Shown: piece by piece, positions 19,727 through 28,762 of the stretch
Position numbering within the stretch: the stretch's first letter is position 1
Layout: each line of letters starts with the position of its first letter
NCBI GenBank assembly: GCA_947501605.1
Contig: CANMWZ010000004.1
Location: forward strand, 1-64,000
Reading direction: 5' to 3'
DNA length: 64,000 nt
From: Planctomycetota bacterium
Lineage (GTDB): Bacteria; Planctomycetota; UBA1135; UBA2386
Program-made: the position numbers and the translations under genes
Notes under the pieces: model-generated
Told to the model about the DNA's origin: nothing
The model's database searches: none
The model's input: the letters and a program-made list of their open reading frames with translations, nothing else

Positions 19727-20845
19727 ATGCTGCATTGGCTCGCAACCTGGATGGAGTCGGCGCACCTCGCGCGGCTGTTCGGCTACATCTCGACGCGCAC
19801 GGCGGGGGCGGCGATCACGGCATTCTTGATCGCGGTGCTGTGTGGGCCGCGAGTGATCCGTTGGTTGCAGCGCCAGGGCATCGGCGAGCGAATTGACGGA
19901 ACGGGCAGCCAGACGCTCGAGAAGTTGCACGCCCACAAGAAGGGCACGCCAACGATGGGCGGCTTGTTCGTGGTGTCGGGCATCGTGCTCGCGTGCGCGT
20001 TGTGGATGCGCTTTGACGGGCCGAACCACTTTTCGTTGCCCGGTATCGTCTTGATCGCGGGCTTTGCCGGCGTCGGCTTCTGGGACGACTGGGTCAAGCT
20101 GCACGACACGAAGAAGCGCGGCATCAGCAAGCGGCAAAAGCAGGGCGCGCTGACGCTGATTGCAGTCGCGGTCGCGGCGTGGTTGCTCGGCCCGGCGGCG
20201 CTCGAATCACAGATCGGTGGCCCGCACCTGTACGTGCCGTTCTTCAAGGACGTGTCGTTCGATCTAACCGGGTGGTTTGGCCTGCCGTTCGTCGCCATCG
20301 CCGTGCTCGTGCTCACCGGATCCGCGAACGCGGTCAACCTGACGGATGGCCTCGATGGGCTGGCGACCGGCTGCATCGCCACAGCTTCGCTGGCCTACGC
20401 CGGCATCACCTACTTTGTCGGCCACGCAGAACTGTCGCAGTATCTGCTGGTAGAACATGTCCCTGGCGCCGGTGAGGCGACGGTGATGATGGGCGCGCTG
20501 CTCGGCGGTGCGCTCGGCTTCCTGTGGTTCAACTCGGCGCCCGCCCTCGTCTTCATGGGCGACGTCGGCAGCCTCGGCCTGGGAGGTGCACTCGGCTACG
20601 TTGCCGTGGTCACGCGAACCGAGTTGGTGCTTTTCGTCGTCGGCGGCGTGTTCGTTGCCGAGGCGCTGTCGGTGATGATCCAGGTGGCGTCCTTCAAGCT
20701 CCGCGGCAAGCGCGTGTTCCTCTGTGCGCCGCTGCACCATCACTTCCAGTTTGGCGGCATGCCAGAGACGCGTGTCGTGGTGCGCGCGTGGGTCGTTTCG
20801 GCCTTGCTGGCGATGACCAGCCTGGCTCTGTTCAAGGTGCGTTGA
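19727..20845 (+). CDS. mraY: Phospho-MurNAc-pentapeptide transferase
   Basis: KKGTPTMGG, NAVNLTDGLDGLA, FMGDVGSL, APLHHHF. Confidence 0.96.
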   Translation: MLHWLATWMESAHLARLFGYISTRTAGAAITAFLIAVLCGPRVIRWLQRQGIGERIDGTGSQTLEKLHAHKKGTPTMGGLFVVSGIVLACALWMRFDGPNHFSLPGIVLIAGFAGVGFWDDWVKLHDTKKRGISKRQKQGALTLIAVAVAAWLLGPAALESQIGGPHLYVPFFKDVSFDLTGWFGLPFVAIAVLVLTGSANAVNLTDGLDGLATGCIATASLAYAGITYFVGHAELSQYLLVEHVPGAGEATVMMGALLGGALGFLWFNSAPALVFMGDVGSLGLGGALGYVAVVTRTELVLFVVGGVFVAEALSVMIQVASFKLRGKRVFLCAPLHHHFQFGGMPETRVVVRAWVVSALLAMTSLALFKVR

Positions 20846-21978
20846 TGACAAGTGTCCCTGCCCCAGCCCCGGCTTCCTGCCGGCACGTCCGCGAACTCGA
20901 CTGGATCATGCTCGCCGTCGTCGGCCTGTGCTGCCTCGGGCTCGTGATGGCGGTCTCGATTCTTGGTGCCGACGCCAGGATCGGTCCGATGGTGGCGATG
21001 AAGCGGCAGGGCATCGAGCTGCTCGCAGCGATGCTCGGCTTTCTGGTGATGGCCTTGTTGCCGATGTCGATGGTGCGTCGAGCCGCATTGCCCGCGTTCT
21101 TGGTCTGCACGCTGCTCTGTTATGCGACGCGCTTCATCGCCGACGACTGGAACGGGGCCTATCGCTGGATCCAGGTCGGCCGGTTCCAATTCCAACCAGT
21201 CGAGGCGGCGCGCTTCTCGCTCGTCATTTTGACCGCGCATCTACTCGCTCGGGCCGGCCGCGACCTTCAGACCTTCTGGAAGGGCTTCGTGCCGCCGATG
21301 TTGGCGACTGCGTTGTTGGTCGGTGGCCTGTTTCTGCAGCCAGACCACGGCAGCGCGCTGATCTGCTGCGCCCTCGTTGCATGCATGGCACTGATCGCCG
21401 GGGTGCGCCTTGCCCACTTCCTGCCGTGGTGCCTCGCCGGCTTGGCAGGGTTCGCGGCGGTCGCCATGCGGCACGACTACGTCAACAGCCGACTCACCGG
21501 CTTCCTCGACGTGGCGCCCTACCAGGTGCGCCAGTCGTTGGTCGCCATCGCCGCCGGTGGCCCGTTCGGCCGTGGCCTCGGCGAGGGCTGGATGAAGATG
21601 GGCTTCGTGCCGGAGGCAGAGAACGACTTCGTGTTCGCCGTCGTCGCCGAGGAGCTCGGTTTCGTCGGCGCCATGCTGGTTCTTGGGCTCTACACCATCT
21701 TGGGCGTGATGGGATACCGCCTCACGTGTAGGATCCGCGACCCGTTCCTTCGTTACGTGGTTTGCGGTTTCGTGCTGATGCTGTGCATGCAGGCAGCGGT
21801 GAATCTACTCGTGGTCAGCGGGTGGGCACCGGCGAAGGGGATCGATCTCCCGTTCGTCAGCACGGGCGGGACCAGTCTTCTGTTCTGTCTCGCCGCGGTT
21901 GGGTTGATCGGCAATGCCGCTCGCACCGACCTCGTCGCGACTGACTCACCGATTTCGACAACTCCTGGGAGGGTGTGA
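20845..21978 (+). CDS. ftsW: SEDS peptidoglycan polymerase FtsW
   Basis: GAYRWI, QPVE, QPDHG, YQVRQS..AI..GG..G.G.G, PEAENDFVF, LPFVSTGGTS. Confidence 0.92.
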   Translation: MTSVPAPAPASCRHVRELDWIMLAVVGLCCLGLVMAVSILGADARIGPMVAMKRQGIELLAAMLGFLVMALLPMSMVRRAALPAFLVCTLLCYATRFIADDWNGAYRWIQVGRFQFQPVEAARFSLVILTAHLLARAGRDLQTFWKGFVPPMLATALLVGGLFLQPDHGSALICCALVACMALIAGVRLAHFLPWCLAGLAGFAAVAMRHDYVNSRLTGFLDVAPYQVRQSLVAIAAGGPFGRGLGEGWMKMGFVPEAENDFVFAVVAEELGFVGAMLVLGLYTILGVMGYRLTCRIRDPFLRYVVCGFVLMLCMQAAVNLLVVSGWAPAKGIDLPFVSTGGTSLLFCLAAVGLIGNAARTDLVATDSPISTTPGRV

Positions 21979-22691
21979 TGGGCCAGCTTGAGAAGTACGG
22001 CCTCTACGTTTTGTGTCTCGTGATCTTCTTGATCCTCGGCGTCGCTCTGTGGGGTGATCCCGCGGCTGCGGCCGACCGTCAGTCACCGTTGCCGATGCGT
22101 GAAGCCAAGGTGACGATCGACCAGAAGGCGCCTGCCTATGACCTCAACGAGTTCCAGGCGCTCGTCGGCAACGCGCCGCGCACGGAGCCAAAGCCGGTCG
22201 ACGACTCGCGGCGCGAGGAGCCGAAGCCGACGCCGGTGATCGAGAGCGGCGACGCCCCGGCGCCCAAGGTCGAAGACAAACCGACGCCGATCCCCGAGAA
22301 CGCGCGCGAGAGCTACGTGGTGGTGAAGGGCGACACTCTGAGCAGCATCGCCAGCAAGAAGGCGGGCAGCGTGCGCTTCGTGAAGTTGCTCGAGGAGATC
22401 AACCCCGGTCTCTCAGCCGCGCGGCTGCAGATTGGCCAGAAGATCCAGCTGCCAATGGCCAGCGAGATTGCCAACGCCGGCGGCAAGCCTTCGGTGGGCA
22501 AGAAGGCTGAGGAGCCGTCCGGGAGCGGAGCGCTGCGGACCCACGAGATCGCTTCGGGCGACACGTTCGAGGATCTGGCGGCACGTCTGCTTGGCGATGC
22601 CAAACGGCAGAACGAGATCAAGAAGCTCAACCCGACGCTCGACCCGACCAAGTTGCGGATCGGCCAGAAGATCCTCCTGCCAGCGAAGTGA
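21975..22691 (+). CDS. Membrane-anchored protein with two LysM domains
   Basis: N-terminal TM, Pro-rich linker, YVVVKGDTLSSIA...LQIGQKIQLP and HEIASGDTFEDLA...LRIGQKILLP. Confidence 0.88.
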   Translation: MMGQLEKYGLYVLCLVIFLILGVALWGDPAAAADRQSPLPMREAKVTIDQKAPAYDLNEFQALVGNAPRTEPKPVDDSRREEPKPTPVIESGDAPAPKVEDKPTPIPENARESYVVVKGDTLSSIASKKAGSVRFVKLLEEINPGLSAARLQIGQKIQLPMASEIANAGGKPSVGKKAEEPSGSGALRTHEIASGDTFEDLAARLLGDAKRQNEIKKLNPTLDPTKLRIGQKILLPAK

Positions 22692-22698
22692 GGCGTTC

Positions 22699-23787
22699 AT
22701 GGTCGCACGCGTCTGTCTCGTCAGCGGCGGCACGGGAGGGCACCTCATGCCTGCTCTGGTGCTCGCCCGCGCCCTGCGCGATCGCGGCCATGCGCCCCTG
22801 CTCCTGACGGAGGGGCGCGAGGTCGAGAAGGAGTTTCTCGAGCGCGATGTGAGCGGCGTCGAGTCGGCGTCGCTGCCCGACGGCAAGCCGGCGAAGTGGC
22901 AGCTGCCGCTGTGGCTGTATCGCACCACCCTGCGCGCGCGTCAGTTGCTTCAAGACCGCAGCGTCGACAGCGTCGTCAGCACCGGAGGGCGCGCCAGCCT
23001 GCCGGTTGCGCTGGCGGCACGCAGTCTGGGCAAGCCGGTCTTCCTGCTCGAACAGAACGCCGTCGCGGGTCGCGTCAACCGCTGGATGCTGCCGTTCGCA
23101 GCACGCATGTATCTCGGCTTGCCAGGGCCGCAGCAAACTGGGCGATCGCGCTTCACCGGCACGCCACTGCGCCCCGAGATCTACCGCATCGATGCGCAGA
23201 AGGCGCGCAAGGCGCTCGGCCTCCTGCCGGACGTCCCTGTCCTGTTGGTGACCGGCGGCAGCCAGGGCGCGCTCACGCTCAACGACATCGTGCCGCTGGC
23301 GATCACCGCACTCCGCACGCAAGTGCAGGTGTTGCACCTCTGCGGTAGCTCCGCGGTGCAGTCGGGTCGCGACCGCGAGTTGCGTCGCCGCTACGCCGCG
23401 GCGGACTGCGTCACCTCGGCGATCGTGCGGGCCATGTCGATGGACATGGACACGATGCTCGGGGCTGCCGACCTCGTGATCTGTCGCGGTGGCGGCACGA
23501 CGGTCGCCGAGTTGATGGCTGCCGGGCGCCCTGCGATCGTGGTGCCGTATCCGCATCACAAGGACCAGCAGCAACTGCACAATGCGCGCGTGTTGGCCGC
23601 TGTCGGTGCTGCGATCGTACTCGAAGAACACGAACTCGATGCCGCCCGGATGACGGCAGCCATCGAGAGCATCTTGTGCGAGCCGTCGCGGGCGCGATCG
23701 ATGGGCGAAGCTGCCCATCGACTCTGCGGCGACGATCCGACGGCGACCATCCTCGCCGACATGCAGCAGTACGGAGGCTTGCGTTGA
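22699..23787 (+). CDS. murG: Lipid II GlcNAc transferase MurG
   Basis: SGGTGGHLMP, EQNAVAG, GGSQGA, RGGGTTVAE, PYP...QLHNA. Confidence 0.95.
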   Translation: MVARVCLVSGGTGGHLMPALVLARALRDRGHAPLLLTEGREVEKEFLERDVSGVESASLPDGKPAKWQLPLWLYRTTLRARQLLQDRSVDSVVSTGGRASLPVALAARSLGKPVFLLEQNAVAGRVNRWMLPFAARMYLGLPGPQQTGRSRFTGTPLRPEIYRIDAQKARKALGLLPDVPVLLVTGGSQGALTLNDIVPLAITALRTQVQVLHLCGSSAVQSGRDRELRRRYAAADCVTSAIVRAMSMDMDTMLGAADLVICRGGGTTVAELMAAGRPAIVVPYPHHKDQQQLHNARVLAAVGAAIVLEEHELDAARMTAAIESILCEPSRARSMGEAAHRLCGDDPTATILADMQQYGGLR

Positions 23788-25157
23788 GTTTCGCCAGTCA
23801 GCGGTTCCATCTGGTTGGAATCGGCGGTTCTGGGATGAGCGGGCTTGCGCGCCTCTTGCATGGCGGCGGCAACGACGTCACCGGGAGTGATTCGACCGAT
23901 GGCGAGGCCCTCGTCCTGTTGCGCAGCCACAATCTCGATTGCTGGTCAGGCACAGAACCGCAGCGCATCGGCGGCAGCGACGGCTACGTCATTCGTTCGG
24001 CGGCGGTGCCGCAGTCGGACGCGGAGGTGCAGGAATGCGTGCGCCGCGGTTTCACCTCGCTGCTCTACGCCGAGGCCGTCGGTAGGCTCAGCGAGGGCCG
24101 CCGTACGCTTGCGATCGCGGGGACGCATGGCAAGACCACAACGACGTCGCTCACGGTGGCCGCGCTGCGTGGCGCCGGCATGGATCCGTCGTTCTTGGTC
24201 GGCGGCGACGTTCCGCAATTCGGCGGCAATGGTCACGGCGGGCAGAGCCATGATTTCGTCGTCGAGGCCTGCGAGTTCAACCGCAGCTTTCACAACCTGC
24301 GTCCGTTCGGCGCGGCGATCCTCAACGTCGATCACGATCATTTCGACTGCTTCCCGTCCGTCGAGGATCTGATCGAGGCCTTTGCCGGCTACCTCGCGCG
24401 CATCCGTCCCGACGGCGTTGCCTTGGTCGAGGAGAGCGTGCCAGCGGCGGTGCTCAGCAGTCTCCGCAGCGACGTCCGGATCCTGACGGTGGGCGGCGGA
24501 CTGTTTGCCGACATTCGCGCGCTCGACGTGCAGGAGCGCCGTGGCCATTGGTCGTTCTGCCCGGTGGTGGAAGGCACGCGCTACCCGCGCATCACGTTGT
24601 CACTGTCGGGTCGTCACAACATGCACAACGCGCTGTTCGCGCTCGGGCTGGCGCATGTCGCCGGCGCCGACCTCGAACGCGCTGGTCAGGGTCTTTCGCA
24701 GTTCGCTGGTGTGAAGCGTCGCTTCGAAGTGATGCACGGCCCGAAGGGCGGGATCCTGGTCAACGACTACGCCCATCATCCCGCCGAGATTCGCGTCGTG
24801 CTCGACACTGCGCGCCGCCGGTTTCCGGGCCGCCGATTGCTGGTCGCGTTCCAACCTCACCAGCACCAGCGAACCCTGGCGCTGTTGCCCGAGTTTGCCG
24901 ATGCGCTGGCCACGGCCGACTGCACGTGGATCGCTGACATCTACGGTGCTCGCGAGAGCGCCGAGATCCGGGCTAGCGTCTGCGCCCGCGATCTGGTGGA
25001 CGCAATCGTCGATCGCGGTGGCCACAGCGAGGCCGGCGGCAGTGTCGACGAGTTGCCGCATCGCGTGGTCGCGCAGCGAACCGAAGGCGACCTGATCCTC
25101 GTGCTGGGTGCAGGGGATGTCGATCGCGCCAAGGAGGCGATTCTTGCCGGCCTTTGA
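23784..25157 (+). CDS. murC: UDP-MurNAc:L-Ala ligase
   Basis: TTG start overlapping murG stop; VGIGGSGMSGLA, AGTHGKTTTT, EACE, DYAHHP.EI, FQPHQ, GAGDV. Confidence 0.95.
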   Translation: MSFASQRFHLVGIGGSGMSGLARLLHGGGNDVTGSDSTDGEALVLLRSHNLDCWSGTEPQRIGGSDGYVIRSAAVPQSDAEVQECVRRGFTSLLYAEAVGRLSEGRRTLAIAGTHGKTTTTSLTVAALRGAGMDPSFLVGGDVPQFGGNGHGGQSHDFVVEACEFNRSFHNLRPFGAAILNVDHDHFDCFPSVEDLIEAFAGYLARIRPDGVALVEESVPAAVLSSLRSDVRILTVGGGLFADIRALDVQERRGHWSFCPVVEGTRYPRITLSLSGRHNMHNALFALGLAHVAGADLERAGQGLSQFAGVKRRFEVMHGPKGGILVNDYAHHPAEIRVVLDTARRRFPGRRLLVAFQPHQHQRTLALLPEFADALATADCTWIADIYGARESAEIRASVCARDLVDAIVDRGGHSEAGGSVDELPHRVVAQRTEGDLILVLGAGDVDRAKEAILAGL

Positions 25158-25179
25158 CCTTCGCACCCCGCTGCGCGCG

Positions 25180-26040
25180 ATGCGCGGTGCCGTGCGGGAG
25201 AACGTCGCGCTCGCCCCGTACATGCATCTGCGGGTGGGCGGTCCCGTGGATTGGTTTCTGGAGCCGCTCACCGAAGAGGATGCGGCGTTGTGCGTTCGCG
25301 TCTGCCGCGACAGCAACGTGCCGTTGCGCGTGCTGGGCGGTGGTAGCAACGTGCTCTGCTCGGATCATGGCGTCCGCGGCGCCGTGCTGCATCTCGGTGG
25401 CCACAACCGAATGGTCCGCGATGGCCTGCGCATCACGGCAGGTTCTGGAGTCACGCTCGCCAGCCTGCTGCGTTCGACCAAGGAGGTCGGGCTCGCCGGG
25501 CTCGAGAAGCTGACCGGCATCCCTGCTCATGTCGGCGGTGCCGTGGCGATGAATGCCGGTACGAGAGAGGGCGAGACGTTTGAGTATCTGACTTCGGTCA
25601 CGGTCATCGAGCCCACCGGCGAACTGCAGGTCTTGGCCAAGACGGACCTCCAACCGCGCTATCGCGACGGCGGTCTTGGCGACCGCATCGTGCTGCACGC
25701 GACTTGGGAGCTGTACGAGGACGATCCCAATGCCATCTTCCAGCGCTTCTCCGAGTCGCTGAAACGCCGCAATGCGACCCAGCCAGTCAGCCAGCGCAGC
25801 GTCGGTTGCGTGTTCAAGAACCCGCCCGGCGATGCGGCCGGCCGGCTGATCGAGGCGTCGGGCTGCAAGACCCTGCGCAACGGTGGCATCGAGGTCAGCG
25901 GCGTCCACGCCAATTACTTCGTCAACAGCAGCAATGGCACGTGCGCACAGTTCTTGGAGCTGCTCGAAGAGGTCCGGCGCCGCGTGCAGTCGAAGTTCGG
26001 GGTCTATCTGGAGCCCGAGGTCAAGCTCTGGGGGTTTTGA
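25180..26040 (+). CDS. murB: UDP-GlcNAc-enolpyruvate reductase
   Basis: RVGGP, LGGGSN, GIPAHVGGAVAMNAG, SVGCVFKNP, HANYFVN, LEPEV. Confidence 0.95.
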   Translation: MRGAVRENVALAPYMHLRVGGPVDWFLEPLTEEDAALCVRVCRDSNVPLRVLGGGSNVLCSDHGVRGAVLHLGGHNRMVRDGLRITAGSGVTLASLLRSTKEVGLAGLEKLTGIPAHVGGAVAMNAGTREGETFEYLTSVTVIEPTGELQVLAKTDLQPRYRDGGLGDRIVLHATWELYEDDPNAIFQRFSESLKRRNATQPVSQRSVGCVFKNPPGDAAGRLIEASGCKTLRNGGIEVSGVHANYFVNSSNGTCAQFLELLEEVRRRVQSKFGVYLEPEVKLWGF

Positions 26041-26047
26041 CCCTCTG

Positions 26048-26072
26048 AGCCGCGCCGATTGGCGGCGCGGCT
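26048..26072 (+). terminator. GC hairpin just after murB (possible terminator)
   Basis: AGCCGCGCCG-ATTGG-CGGCGCGGCT, perfect 10-bp stem; no strong U-tract. Confidence 0.5.
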
Positions 26073-26259
26073 GCCTTGGGGCTTCCGCTGCGAGCCGCGT
26101 TCGCAGATTCTCTGCCGACTGAATAGTCGGCGATCGAGCCGTAGGCCGCACCTTCTCTTGCGTCGCGTGTGACAGAGTTGCACGCGGTTCGGCAACGGGG
26201 GCCGCCTTCCGGGTTGCCCGCCGATTGTTGCGACCATTGTTGATGCCTGTGCCCAAGCC

Positions 26260-28050
26260 ATGACCCAGTTCTCCTTTGGTTCTCTTCCCGCCGCCTTCCT
26301 TCTGTTGGCGGCCCTCGCTCCTGCGCAACAGTCCGCCGTGCAAGACAGTCTGCCCGGAAGCACCTGGGCGATGGCGTCCTTCGGCGGTCTCGAGCGGTGC
26401 ACCGGCGCAGTACGCGAACATGCGACGGCCACGCTGGTCCAAGAGCTGTTGAAGATGCTGCCCAAGGAGCTGCTGGAGTCGCAACTCGGCAGCAAGCTTG
26501 ACGAGGCAGCAGCTGGTCTGCGCGAAGGACTCGAGCAGGGATCGCTGTCGCCAACCGTGCTGCGCAGCGTGCTCCAGCGTCCGATGGCGATCGGCGTCGG
26601 TCGCCTCACCATCCGCGGTATGGGGCCCTCGCTCGCGCTGGTTGTCGACGAAGGCAACGCTGGCGGCGATCTCGACAAGCTGATCGATGAGCTGATCGCA
26701 TCGCGCGCCCTGCCGGCGCGGATCGGCAAGGCCACGGCGGCCGGAGTTGCGTGTCGCACGATCGAAGGGGAAGACATGCCCACGATCTACATCGCCCGCG
26801 AGCAGGGTCGCTGGATCCTGACCAACAGTGAGGGCTACCTCGCGGAGATCCTCAGCACCTGCCGCGGCAAGCAACCATCGCTGGCGCAGAGCACGTCGCT
26901 TGGGGCTTCGCGCGCGCGCTTGCAGCAGGCGCCACTGGTCGAGGTGTTTGCCAATGCTCAGCCGTTGCTGCCGATGATCGAGCCGATGCTGCCCTACGAG
27001 AGTGCTGCGATCGGCAAGGCGGTCGGCATCGAGTCGGTCGGGGGCATCTACTTGGCGGCAGCGCCGGCCGGCGACGGTACGGTCGAGACCTTCGACATCC
27101 AGTTGCCGGGTTCGAGCGGAGGCCTTCTCAAGGCCGCGCTGGCCGGCGCCGCCGATCTCGAAGCGGCGTCGTTTTGCAGCAAAGACACGATCGCGTTCGG
27201 CGCGCTCCGTCTGGACATCCCTGCGGTGATGGCCGCGTTCGATCGCTTGGTCGAACAGCTGCCGCGCGAAGTGGCACGAGACGTGCGTCGTGATGTTGCC
27301 CGCGACTTCAGCCGCGGGTTTCAGCAGGCTGGTATCTCCACCCAAGAGGTCGAGACGCTGCTTTCTGCAGTCGATGGCACGCTCTCGTTTGGTGTAACGA
27401 TTGGAACCGGCGCGCTGCCGATCCCGGATGTGGTTGTGCTCGCCAAGGTGCGCGACGAGGCCGTCGTGACCCAGTGGCTCGACCGTCTGCGGACCGCTGT
27501 GGGCAACCAGGCGGGCGTCGAGTGGAAGACCCGCCAACAGGGCTCCTGCACGCTGCACTACTGCTCGATCCAGCCGGGCGGCGCCGACTCGGGGGTGTCG
27601 TTCTCGCCGACCTTCGTCCTCGCCGACGGCTACCTGGTTGCCGGGTCCCAGACGCGCTCGGTGTTGGCAGCGCTGCAGCAGCGCGAAGCGCGCGACGAGA
27701 GTCTGATGGCGGAGGTCGACTTCGCCGCCGCCGTGAAGGCCGACCGCTCTGCGATGGGTTTCCTGCACCTGCGGCCTGGCCGCGCAGTTGCGTCCAACTG
27801 GCGGTTGATCGAGACCTGGGTGCTGCCGCAGCTCGACGCCCAGAAGGAGGAACTCGGCTTCTCAAGCGAAGATCTGCCGGAGCCGGACGAGTTCGCCAAG
27901 GGGCTCGGCACCATGACGCTGTCGGCGACCTGCGACGATGACGGCCTGCGCGTGCGAATGCGCGGCAACATCGGGCTCGGTGGTCTAGCGGCGGGCTTCC
28001 TTGCCGTGGTCGACGAGGTTCTGCAGCGCGCGGCCGCCAAGATCTACTGA
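26260..28050 (+). CDS. Exported hypothetical protein (DUF3352-like repeats)
   Basis: Signal peptide ending APA-Q; two similar halves (LPGSTWAM... / SKDTIAFG...; GRWILTNSE / GYLVAGSQ). Confidence 0.65.
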   Translation: MTQFSFGSLPAAFLLLAALAPAQQSAVQDSLPGSTWAMASFGGLERCTGAVREHATATLVQELLKMLPKELLESQLGSKLDEAAAGLREGLEQGSLSPTVLRSVLQRPMAIGVGRLTIRGMGPSLALVVDEGNAGGDLDKLIDELIASRALPARIGKATAAGVACRTIEGEDMPTIYIAREQGRWILTNSEGYLAEILSTCRGKQPSLAQSTSLGASRARLQQAPLVEVFANAQPLLPMIEPMLPYESAAIGKAVGIESVGGIYLAAAPAGDGTVETFDIQLPGSSGGLLKAALAGAADLEAASFCSKDTIAFGALRLDIPAVMAAFDRLVEQLPREVARDVRRDVARDFSRGFQQAGISTQEVETLLSAVDGTLSFGVTIGTGALPIPDVVVLAKVRDEAVVTQWLDRLRTAVGNQAGVEWKTRQQGSCTLHYCSIQPGGADSGVSFSPTFVLADGYLVAGSQTRSVLAALQQREARDESLMAEVDFAAAVKADRSAMGFLHLRPGRAVASNWRLIETWVLPQLDAQKEELGFSSEDLPEPDEFAKGLGTMTLSATCDDDGLRVRMRGNIGLGGLAAGFLAVVDEVLQRAAAKIY

Positions 28051-28088
28051 TCGCTCTTCGAGTGCCGGCAGCTTCCGGCGACGGGCGC

Positions 28089-28661
28089 TCAGCGCCCGCG
28101 TCGGAGGAGCCTGAGTTGCCTCAGCACACTGCGATCGCGCGTCGCGGTGTAGCTCGCCGCCAAAGCGCGCAAGGTCTCGTCGCGGGTAGCCAAGGTGCCC
28201 GGCACGAGCCGGCCGCGGATCGGGTCGAACCGTTCCGGCACGGGTTCGCCAGCTTCGGTCGGCGGCGCTTGGCCGGCACTGGCTTCGGCAGGCGTCGCGG
28301 CGCCGGGGCGTTGGTCGGCTTCAACGGCGGCGGGCGGTTCGCCTGTTGGTTCGACGGCAACCCTCTCGGCCGCAGCCCTCTCGTCAGCAACCTTGTCAGC
28401 TGCTGCCTTGGCGTCCTTCGCCTCTTGCTCCCGCTGGGCGATCGCTTCGACCGAGAGCCCGTCCTTCTCGATGCGTAGGACGCGGGCCTTCAACAGCCAG
28501 ATCTCGCCACCTTGCACGCGCAGGTGGTAATGCGTGGCATCCTCGTCGAGGAGGGAGCCCTCGATGACGGCCGCGTCGGGGGCCTCCGACATCCAGAACT
28601 TGTCGGGCGCGCTCGCGGGGTGGAGCAGCAAGCCGAGAGACAACAGGAAGGGGATCTGCAT
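28089..28661 (-). CDS. Exported hypothetical protein
   Basis: Signal peptide MQIPFLLSLGLLL; small beta domain (IEGSLLDEDATHYHLRVQGG), coiled coil, Pro/Ala linker. Confidence 0.65.
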   Translation of the reverse strand: MQIPFLLSLGLLLHPASAPDKFWMSEAPDAAVIEGSLLDEDATHYHLRVQGGEIWLLKARVLRIEKDGLSVEAIAQREQEAKDAKAAADKVADERAAAERVAVEPTGEPPAAVEADQRPGAATPAEASAGQAPPTEAGEPVPERFDPIRGRLVPGTLATRDETLRALAASYTATRDRSVLRQLRLLRRGR

Positions 28662-28762
28662 GCAGGAGAGTATCGCATGCGGCGTGGGGCAACGGCTGCG
28701 CCCACGCTGCCGGTCCGAACTCGAGCGGTGCACCTGGCCTGAGCTTCGGCGACACTGCCGCG

